From assembly GCA_900768515.1 (NCBI GenBank), contig CAAGDG010000058.1, forward strand, positions 5,663-69,662: a stretch of DNA of 64,000 bases, read 5' to 3'. Positions 56,734 through 64,000 of the stretch are shown here, piece after piece (within the stretch, counting starts at the first letter, position 1; every line of letters starts with the position of its first letter). Origin of the DNA: Lentisphaeria bacterium (lineage in GTDB: Bacteria > Verrucomicrobiota > Lentisphaeria > Victivallales > Victivallaceae). Under the pieces are notes generated by a model. That model ran no database searches, had not been told where the DNA came from, and saw only the letters and a list, made by a program, of their open reading frames with translations. Position numbers and translations under genes: made by a program.

Positions 56734-58659
56734 ATGAAGCTCCTTCGAATCGCATTGATCACTCTCTGCCTTTCGGCGGGGCTTCCTTTTGTCGGAACGG
56801 CGGCCCGTCCGGAACGCTACCCGGAAATCCGGGTGAAGTCCTCCGAAGTCAAAATGAGGCTCAAGCGCATGAACCGCAAGCATCCCCGTCTCTTCGTCGG
56901 CCGGGAGGGATTCGCGGCCCTGGACCGCGTCCGCCGTTTTCCCGAAGGCCGCGCACTGGCGGAAAAGGTGATCAGCGACGCGGAAACCCTGTTGAAAGAA
57001 CCGGTGAAAACCCGGCAGATGGAGGGCCGGCGGCTGCTCTCCGTGAGCCGGGCCGTCCTGTTCCGGGTGACTACGCTTTCGGCGGCGTTTCACCTGACCA
57101 ACCGGGGAAAGTTTGCTAAGCGCGCCATCCGGGAGATGCTGGCCGCCGCCGAATTCAGCGACTGGAATCCCTCACACTTCCTCGACGTCGGTGAGATGAC
57201 ATTGGCACTGGCGATCGGATACGACTGGCTTTACGATCAGCTCACCGAAAAAGAGCGCGAAACCATCGCGGAGGCGATCATTGAAAAGGGGTTGAAACCC
57301 TCCTTCCGGGGAAAGCAGTTCTGGATCTCCGGTACCAACAACTGGAATCAGGTCTGCCACGCCGGCATGGCCGCCGGTGCGCTGGCGGTCTATCGAGAGG
57401 AGCCCGATCTGGCGGAGCAGGTGATCGAACGGGCGGTCAACAACCTGCCGAAAGCGATGAAGAGCGGATACTATCCGAACGGAGCTTATCCGGAAGGACC
57501 GATGTACTGGGGGTACGGAACCGATTTCAACGTGGTGCTGCTGGCGATGTTCGACGCCGCATTCGGGCAGGACTTCGGGCTTTCCGCCCTGCCCGGCTTC
57601 GACAAGACCGGAGATTTCATCCTGGCAACCTGCGGACCGACCGGAAAACTCTTCTGCTACGCCGACTGCACCGAACGCGGCAGCATCTCCTTCGCCACGA
57701 TCTGGCTTGCGCACAAATTCCGGCGGCCGGGGTGGATAGGCCCCCAGCAGCAGCAGGCCCTGCGGGAACACTGTGAGCGACGTCCCGCCCGGCTCGGCGG
57801 CGACGGGAACCGGCTGCTTCCCCTGGCGCTGCTCTATCTCGATCCGCCGGCGGAAACAACCCGGCAGCCGCTCAGCTACTTCAGCGGCGAAGGCGCCGCG
57901 GTTCCGATTGCGACGTTCCGGAGCGGCTGGGATCCGGACGCAAGCTATCTGGCAATCAAAGGCGGTTCCCCCTCCGCCTCGCACGGACACATGGATGCCG
58001 GATCTTTCATCTTCGAATCCGACCAGGTCCGCTGGGCGGTCGACCTCGGCATGGAGAACTACACCCGGGTCGAGGCGCTGAAGGACAAACTGAACATCAA
58101 CCTCTGGGACGGGGCGCAGGAGGGGGGACGCTGGAAACTTTTCCGGCTCGGCCCGCAGAGTCACAACATTCTGAGAATCGGAAACGAACTCCAGCTGGTC
58201 GACGGGAACGCGGAGATTTCCGATGTCTCCGCCTCGGGCGCCGTCATGGATCTGACGCCGCTCTACAAAAACTCCGCCTCTTCGGTCATCCGCAGTTTCC
58301 AGCTGCTTCCTTCCCGGGAAGTGGTGATCGAAGACCGGCTCTCCGGAGTCAAAAAAGGAGCAATGGTGCGCTGGCAGATGGCAACCCCTTCCCGGATCAA
58401 AATCCGGGGAAACAGGGCGATTCTCCGCCAGGGGGACAAAACGCTGGAGCTGACCGCCTCCGACGGCCGCTGGAGCGAGGTCGACGCGGCGACACTGCTG
58501 ACTCCGGAACTCGACGCCCCGGTTCGCGATCTGCGGATGCTCTACCTCGACCTGCCGCCGGTGCGCAACGGCGCGACGGGGGTTCGGGTGGTGCTTACCC
58601 CCGGAAGCGTCCCGGCGGGAAAGCGGATGAATCCGGCGGAGACGTCGCCGCATCTGTGA
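56734..58659 (+). CDS. Secreted heparinase II/III-like / alginate-lyase-superfamily polysaccharide lyase.
   Basis: Signal peptide MKLLRIALITLCLSAGLPFVGTAA. (alpha/alpha)-toroid N-half with WNQVCHAG. Beta-sandwich C-half (HGHMDAGSF). Confidence 0.55.
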   Translation: MKLLRIALITLCLSAGLPFVGTAARPERYPEIRVKSSEVKMRLKRMNRKHPRLFVGREGFAALDRVRRFPEGRALAEKVISDAETLLKEPVKTRQMEGRRLLSVSRAVLFRVTTLSAAFHLTNRGKFAKRAIREMLAAAEFSDWNPSHFLDVGEMTLALAIGYDWLYDQLTEKERETIAEAIIEKGLKPSFRGKQFWISGTNNWNQVCHAGMAAGALAVYREEPDLAEQVIERAVNNLPKAMKSGYYPNGAYPEGPMYWGYGTDFNVVLLAMFDAAFGQDFGLSALPGFDKTGDFILATCGPTGKLFCYADCTERGSISFATIWLAHKFRRPGWIGPQQQQALREHCERRPARLGGDGNRLLPLALLYLDPPAETTRQPLSYFSGEGAAVPIATFRSGWDPDASYLAIKGGSPSASHGHMDAGSFIFESDQVRWAVDLGMENYTRVEALKDKLNINLWDGAQEGGRWKLFRLGPQSHNILRIGNELQLVDGNAEISDVSASGAVMDLTPLYKNSASSVIRSFQLLPSREVVIEDRLSGVKKGAMVRWQMATPSRIKIRGNRAILRQGDKTLELTASDGRWSEVDAATLLTPELDAPVRDLRMLYLDLPPVRNGATGVRVVLTPGSVPAGKRMNPAETSPHL

Positions 58660-58706
58660 ACGGCGCGGCAGCTTGTTTCCATTTTCCATAAAATTGACCT
58701 CCAAAC

Positions 58707-58735
58707 TTGACTTTTCCCGATCCGCCAAGTATAAT
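58707..58735 (+). promoter_or_regulatory. Sigma70-like promoter (TTGACT, 17 nt, TATAAT) for glycosidase paralog D.
   Basis: ttgact-tttcccgatccgccaag-tataat, about 175 nt before the ATG at 58910. Confidence 0.55.
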
Positions 58736-58909
58736 GTCTGACAATGCGGGAAGCTGGGAAACTCATTCGCAAAATCGTGGAAGCTCCTGCCGGGGCCGCG
58801 GATTCCGTCCGTTCTCCGGCAAGGGGGGAATTCCGCAAGCGGTTTTCCAGCCGCCGCCTGCTTGAAACGGATTGACTCTCTCCACAACAAACAAGGGAAA
58901 GGAAACGGA

Positions 58910-61900
58910 ATGGGCAAACGACTCTTACTGCTGCTGGCACTGGCTGCCGCCTGGATGACAACAGGAGCGGCGGAACTGCCGCAGGCCGTCAAACTGAACA
59001 AGGACGGATCTTTGAGAATCGGTTCGGCCAACCTCCTGGTTCAGGTCTACAGTGACAAGTGGGCTACCGGCTCCTGGGAGGTGGACGGCGGGAAGATCGG
59101 CCGCTCCGGCGGCGAGGCCTCCGGCGTGATCAAACTTTCCGGCAAGGAGATCAAAGTCACTGAATCGATCCAGCCGCTGAATTCCAACAGTTTCCGTTAC
59201 ACGGTCAACGCGGCCTTCCCCGAACCGATGAAGATTGCGGTGTTCTGCGCGACGCTGCAGCTTCCGACCGGAGTCGGTCCCTTCAATGTGACGGTAGACG
59301 GCAAAAAGCTCGACCTGCCCGAGAAGTTCAACGACAAGCCGATCAAGGGGGTCAACGCGGCCAAATCGCTGGAGGCGGTTCTGACCGGCGGAGTCACCAT
59401 CCGGGTCGAAGGCAATTTCCGGCTCGCGGTGCAGGATCACCGCAAGTTCAAAAATGAACGCATGGGACTCCGCCTCTACGGCACCCCCGGCTCCGGTACG
59501 ATCGACAAGAGCCTGATCGACCTGACGGTCACGGTCAACTCGGTCAAATCCACTCCGGTGGACATCTCCCAAGCGGTGAATTTCGGCTTCGCCGACGAGC
59601 AGGCCAACGACGGCAAGGGAGGCTGGAGCGATCAGGGGCCGACCAACGATCTTCGTTCCTTCACCAAACGGAAAGTCGAAGTGGAAAGTGTCCGGTTCAA
59701 CATCATCGATCCGGCCAAAAACAACGGGAAAGCCGCGATTGTGATGGGCCGCACCGTCGACAAGAGTCCGGTCAAAGTTGAGCTTCCCGCGAACACCAGG
59801 GCGCGTGGAATCGCCCTGCTGCATGCCTCGGCCTGGACTCCTGCCGGCAAAAAACCGCTCGGCACCATCAATGTGACTTACGCGGATGGTTCCGTCGAGA
59901 AGATTCCGGTTTCGCTGCAGGATGACAGCGGCAACTGGTGGAGTCCGATGCCCCGCTCGAATGCGGCGGTCGCCTGGAAACACGAGAACCAGAGCGCGAG
60001 CATCGGGCTCTACGCCGCCCCGTTCGAACTCAAGCGTGACGATCCGCGGAGCGTGGAATTCGAACTCAATACCGCCCCGGAACACGCGGATGCGATGTGG
60101 ATGATCGCGGGGGTCACGCTGCTCGACCGCCCGATGCGCTTCACCTTCTATTCGAACGATGTCCAGATCGTCGCAGGCAAGAAGTGGCAGCAGCTCGAAT
60201 TCAGTAAGGAGATCGTCGCGGGCAGTCCGCTGGATTTCTCGCGCTACGTGGAAGCCCCCGCCGGCAAATACGGTTCGATCATCGCCCGTCCCGACGGCAC
60301 GCTCGCGTTTGAAAACGCTCCGGAGAAACGGGTCCGGCTGTTCGGCGCCAACCTCTGCTTCTCGGCAAGCTACCTCGAGAAGGAGGAGGCCGACCGTCTC
60401 GCAAAAACCTTCCGGATGCTCGGTTACAATGCGGTCCGGATCCACCACCACGACACCGAAATTCTCGACAGTAACGCCGAGGACTCTCTGACCTTCGATC
60501 CGGCCAAGGTCGACAAACTCGATTACCTGGTCTACGCAATGAGCCGGGAAGGACTCTACGTAACCACCGACCTCTACACCAACCGGGTCTTCAAACCCGG
60601 CGACAACATTCCGGAATGCAAGACCTACAAGGAGCGCCAAATGAAGGCGCTGCTCCCGGTCAGCCAGGCTGCGATGGACAACTGGAAGGCGTTCAGCCGC
60701 AAGCTGCTCGAACACCGCAATCCCTACACCGGGAAACGCTGGAAGGAGGATCCGGCCATCTACTCCTACAACCTGGTCAACGAGGAGACGCTCAGCAGCA
60801 ACTGGCGTTCTGTCCAGATGAGCGACGTCTATCTCGAACGTTACGACAAGTGGGTGAAACAGCGCGGTTACGAAAAGAGCGACCGGCGCTTCCGGCAGTT
60901 CCTGAACGAACTTCAGGACAAGGTGCTCGCCGAACAGCTCCGCTATCTGCGTGACGAGCTCCAGGTCAAACCGCTGCTGACCAGCCTCAACTATCAGCAT
61001 CAGACCAATCTGGTTCAGCTCCGTCACCGGTTTGATCTGGTCGACAACCACAACTATCATGACCATCCCTCCTTCCCGCAGGAGAAGTGGCAGATGCCGA
61101 AGGCGTACAGCCAGCGCTGCGCAACCCAGCAGAAGGCTTCGCTTCCGCGCAACATGATGCCGACCAGAATCTTCGACAAGCCCTTCATGGTGACGGAATT
61201 CAACTATGTGAACCCGAACATCTACCGCGCCGAGGGCGGCCCGCTGATCGGCGGTTACGCCGCGCTGCAGGACTGGGATGCCCTCTATCGTTTCGCCTGG
61301 AGCCACAGCCGCAACTCCGTGATCAACCTCGGGGCTCCCGGCGGGTTCGACGCCGCGAACGATCCCCTCGCACAGCTCTCCGACCGGATCTCGGTCCTGC
61401 TGTTCCGCCGGGGTGACGTGGAACCGGCGAAGGAGAAGTACGCCTATGTGGTGCCGGCGAACCTCTTCGACACGGATGAACCGCTCTCCTTCCCGCGGGA
61501 ATTCTCGGAACTCGGTCTGATCGCCCAGATCGGTTCGGTCTACGCGAACAACCCGGTTCCGGCCGGCGTGGTCCGTCTGAATTTCGCCGATTCGACCAAC
61601 CCCGCCGCGCTGGTGAACAAAACCGTTGCAAAACTCTGGGAGAAGTGCCTGAAAGAGGGCGTCGCGGAAAGTGCGACCGGCCAGCTCCTCCTCAACTCCG
61701 AGGCGAAAACTTTTGTCGTGCGGACCCCGCGCGCCGAAACGCTGACGCTGCCCGGCGGCGACCTCGCCGGAAACTGGATGGCTCTGCGCAACGCCTCCGC
61801 GTTCCAGACGGTTGCGGCGCTTTCGCTCGACGACCTGCCGCTGGATGAGAGCAAGAGCATCCTGCTGCTCCAGCTGACCAACATCGTCAACACCGACGCG

Positions 61901-62140
61901 GTGTTCGGCAATCCGGAATTCACGCTCCACCGCAAAGGCGGACGGCTTCCGATCCTTGCCGAACGCGGCACCGCGACCGTGGAAATCCAATCGGCGACGC
62001 CCTTCAAGGTCACCGCGCTCAAAACCGACGGTTCGCCGGCTGGCGAGATCAAGGGAAAAGTTGAGAACGGCAAGTTCGTCTTCCAGGCGGACACCGCCAG
62101 CTTCCCGTGCGGCGTGATGGCGATGCACCTGACCCGCTGA
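58910..62140 (+). CDS. Secreted multidomain putative glycoside hydrolase, paralog D (~1076 aa).
   Basis: MGKRLLLLLALAAAWMTTGAAE signal. FGFADEQANDGKGGWSDQGPTNDLRSF. LFGANLCFSAS...GYNAVRIHHHDT...LYVTTDLY...WKEDPAIYSYNLVNEE...VTEFNYVNPN. The antisense 1077-aa ORF 58925..62158 is rejected. Confidence 0.85.
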   Translation: MGKRLLLLLALAAAWMTTGAAELPQAVKLNKDGSLRIGSANLLVQVYSDKWATGSWEVDGGKIGRSGGEASGVIKLSGKEIKVTESIQPLNSNSFRYTVNAAFPEPMKIAVFCATLQLPTGVGPFNVTVDGKKLDLPEKFNDKPIKGVNAAKSLEAVLTGGVTIRVEGNFRLAVQDHRKFKNERMGLRLYGTPGSGTIDKSLIDLTVTVNSVKSTPVDISQAVNFGFADEQANDGKGGWSDQGPTNDLRSFTKRKVEVESVRFNIIDPAKNNGKAAIVMGRTVDKSPVKVELPANTRARGIALLHASAWTPAGKKPLGTINVTYADGSVEKIPVSLQDDSGNWWSPMPRSNAAVAWKHENQSASIGLYAAPFELKRDDPRSVEFELNTAPEHADAMWMIAGVTLLDRPMRFTFYSNDVQIVAGKKWQQLEFSKEIVAGSPLDFSRYVEAPAGKYGSIIARPDGTLAFENAPEKRVRLFGANLCFSASYLEKEEADRLAKTFRMLGYNAVRIHHHDTEILDSNAEDSLTFDPAKVDKLDYLVYAMSREGLYVTTDLYTNRVFKPGDNIPECKTYKERQMKALLPVSQAAMDNWKAFSRKLLEHRNPYTGKRWKEDPAIYSYNLVNEETLSSNWRSVQMSDVYLERYDKWVKQRGYEKSDRRFRQFLNELQDKVLAEQLRYLRDELQVKPLLTSLNYQHQTNLVQLRHRFDLVDNHNYHDHPSFPQEKWQMPKAYSQRCATQQKASLPRNMMPTRIFDKPFMVTEFNYVNPNIYRAEGGPLIGGYAALQDWDALYRFAWSHSRNSVINLGAPGGFDAANDPLAQLSDRISVLLFRRGDVEPAKEKYAYVVPANLFDTDEPLSFPREFSELGLIAQIGSVYANNPVPAGVVRLNFADSTNPAALVNKTVAKLWEKCLKEGVAESATGQLLLNSEAKTFVVRTPRAETLTLPGGDLAGNWMALRNASAFQTVAALSLDDLPLDESKSILLLQLTNIVNTDAVFGNPEFTLHRKGGRLPILAERGTATVEIQSATPFKVTALKTDGSPAGEIKGKVENGKFVFQADTASFPCGVMAMHLTR

Positions 62141-62366
62141 CCAACCGGATGCGGACAATCCTCCCCGGCTCCTCGCGGAGCCGGGGATTTTTCGTACCCG
62201 GGAAACCGCCGGCCGGGAAAAGCCGTTTCCGGATCCGGAAATCTTCTCCGGCGATGAAAAAAAATGTTTCTTGCCGGAAAAATGAAAATTCCGGTTGCAA
62301 TTCGAAACTTAAGAAGATATGTTCCCGTCGTGCGCATCGACAACCGACATCGTGAGGAGGAAGAAC

Positions 62367-63740
62367 ATGGGGAAAGCGTATCTCTGGGGTGCCCTCGCCG
62401 TTGCGGTCGCCCTGGGCGGCGGCTGCCGGAACGGCGGATGGCAAAGTTCGGACAACAGCAATTTTCAAGCCGTGATTTCGCAGGCGGGGGAACGGGTATT
62501 TCCGGCGGTGGTTTACATTCGGGTGGTCCGAAGCAACCTGACCGATGGGAAGGCCAGCAACCAGGTGGTTTCCGGTTCCGGGGTGGTGATTTCGCCACAG
62601 GGCGAGGTGCTGACCAACTTCCATGTGATCGATAAGGCGCTGGAGATCCGCTGTCTGCTCAACGACGGATCGGCCCGAAACGCAACGCTGGTCGGCGCCG
62701 ATAAGGAGATCGACCTCGCACTGCTTCAGCTCAGCCGGAATCCCGGGGAAGACGAACTGAGGCTTCCCGCCGCGAAACTCTCCAGAAATAAAACCCTCCG
62801 CGAGGGGGATTTCGTGATGGCGATGGGGGCTCCCTGGGGGTTGAACCGATCGGTCTCCATCGGCATCATCTCCTGCGCCGCCCGCTATCTTCCGGAGAAC
62901 AGTCAGTATACGCTCTGGTATCAGACTGACGCGGCGATTTCGCCCGGAAACTCCGGCGGCCCCCTGGTCGACACCGCCGGAAATGTGGTTGGACTCAACA
63001 CGCTCGGGTCCCTGATCGGCGGCAACCTCGGCTTCACGCTTCCGACGCCGACCATCCTCGACGTTCTGCCGCGGCTGCGGGAGTACGGCCGGGTCAACTG
63101 GTCCTGGTTCGGATTTCAGCTGCAGCCGCTGCGGGACTTCGACCGCAACATCTACTTCAACTATTCGGACGGCGTGATCGTCTCCGACACCGAACCGGGC
63201 AGTCCCGCCCGGAAGGCCGGTTTCCTGCCCGATGACCGGATCACCGCCATGAACGGCACGCCGGTTACGGTCCGGACCGGCGAGGAGATGCCCGGATTCC
63301 GGCGGACGCTCGGACTGCTCCCATTCGACGAACCGGTCCGGTTCACCGTAGTCCGCGACGGAAAGGAACAGGAGATCCCGGTGGCGCCGACTCCCAAAGG
63401 CGAGGTCGAGGGCGACGAACTGGCCTGTCCGCGCTGGGGGCTGACCTTCAAAGTGATCAACCGTTTCGACACCCCGCAGCACTACTTCCACCGGGAACAG
63501 GGGCTCTACGTCTTCGGCGTCGCCTTTCCGGGCAACGCCCAGGACGCCGGAATCGAAACGGATGACATCCTGATCGCGGTGAACGGCGAATCGGTCGAAA
63601 CGATTTCCAAACTCAAAACCATCTACGACCGCGCCGTCGCCGACGTGGAAAATGCGCCGCGGGTCACGCTCTCGCTGCTCCGGAACGGACAGCTGATTCA
63701 GAAAATTTTAGATTTTTCCATTGATTACGACAAGGAATAA
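62367..63740 (+). CDS. HtrA/DegP-family serine protease (trypsin-like S1C plus two PDZ), lipoprotein-type signal.
   Basis: GNSGGPLV catalytic Ser motif, NFHVI His region, LGGGC lipobox. GAGGAGGAAG RBS before the ATG at 62367. Confidence 0.85.
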   Translation: MGKAYLWGALAVAVALGGGCRNGGWQSSDNSNFQAVISQAGERVFPAVVYIRVVRSNLTDGKASNQVVSGSGVVISPQGEVLTNFHVIDKALEIRCLLNDGSARNATLVGADKEIDLALLQLSRNPGEDELRLPAAKLSRNKTLREGDFVMAMGAPWGLNRSVSIGIISCAARYLPENSQYTLWYQTDAAISPGNSGGPLVDTAGNVVGLNTLGSLIGGNLGFTLPTPTILDVLPRLREYGRVNWSWFGFQLQPLRDFDRNIYFNYSDGVIVSDTEPGSPARKAGFLPDDRITAMNGTPVTVRTGEEMPGFRRTLGLLPFDEPVRFTVVRDGKEQEIPVAPTPKGEVEGDELACPRWGLTFKVINRFDTPQHYFHREQGLYVFGVAFPGNAQDAGIETDDILIAVNGESVETISKLKTIYDRAVADVENAPRVTLSLLRNGQLIQKILDFSIDYDKE

Positions 63741-63746
63741 CGCAAC

Positions 63747-64000
63747 ATGAAAATGAAAGACAGAACCCTTCTATTCTTTGCCGCCGTCTGCTGCGCCGGC
63801 ACCCTCGCGGCCGCAGAACCGCCCCCGGGTTCCCCGTCCGGCGGGGAAGACCAGAACCTCGAAACCGGCAAACTGGTCGAACTCAACCGGAACCTTCAGG
63901 AAAAGCTCTCCTCCTCGCTGGTGGAGGCGGACTACTTTCTCAAGCAGGATGAGACCGGCCAGCGTCCGGAGATCCAGATCGGCTACTTATGCCCCTCCTG
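63747..64000 (+). CDS. Secreted hypothetical protein, 5' end only (continues beyond the window).
   Basis: MKMKDRTLLFFAAVCCAGTLAAAEPPPGSP signal peptide. Open to the window end. Confidence 0.5.
   Translation, partial: MKMKDRTLLFFAAVCCAGTLAAAEPPPGSPSGGEDQNLETGKLVELNRNLQEKLSSSLVEADYFLKQDETGQRPEIQIGYLCPS

Noticed and set aside
1-64000. tRNA, rRNA, integrase or transposase genes.
   Set aside because: Intergenic regions were scanned by eye for tRNA-like GTTCGAATC/TPsiC arms and none were seen. No ORF shows DDE, tyrosine-recombinase or serine-recombinase motifs.

Overview
High-GC (roughly 60-65%) bacterial chromosomal segment. It contains about 45 real protein-coding genes and a dense background of long antisense 'shadow' ORFs (R/G/P-rich, no domain signatures). 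These are ignored wherever the opposite strand carries a recognisable gene. Three proteins carry the prepilin-type N-terminal cleavage/methylation helix ([25 protein letters not shown]) with an H-X9-DG-like C-terminus (DUF1559-like). By inference this points to a PVC-superphylum organism (Lentisphaerae/Verrucomicrobia/Planctomycetes-like). The window is mainly a carbohydrate-utilisation accessory region. It holds four paralogous ~1100-aa secreted clan-GH-A-like glycosidases that share a distinctive N-terminal KGGW[ST]DQGP.ND domain (one is truncated by the window start), and two of them sit directly behind pseudopilin-like genes. It also holds a GH10 xylanase-like enzyme, a 1403-aa GH13 plus amylo-1,6-glucosidase (GDE_C) fusion, and a uronate cluster (sugar ABC transporter, DUF1846, cytoplasmic CE15 glucuronoyl esterase, uxaB, uxaA, heparinase II/III-like lyase). 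An AraR-type (GntR-HTH plus LacI-PBP) regulator is present; it carries a homopolymer frameshift, and AraR-like TGTAC...GTACA boxes lie upstream of itself and of the ABC transporter operon. Other content: a sugar-phosphate operon (a degenerate phosphohexomutase paralog, an intact phosphohexomutase, HAD, PHP, aldo-keto reductase), an IscU-like plus GGGtGRT gene pair, a recX-OmpR-HisKA-repeat-lipoprotein operon, cstA, dapA, ybaK, a Trp-rich repeat lipoprotein with an 81-bp tandem duplication, a secreted CX5R phosphatase, a Prc-like protease, D-aminoacylase, HtrA, an AraC regulator, and an ADP-ribosylglycohydrolase interrupted by an in-frame TGA. Two copies of a ~150-nt structured intergenic element, each ending in an intrinsic terminator, are sRNA candidates. 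No rRNA, tRNA, CRISPR array or transposase was recognised.
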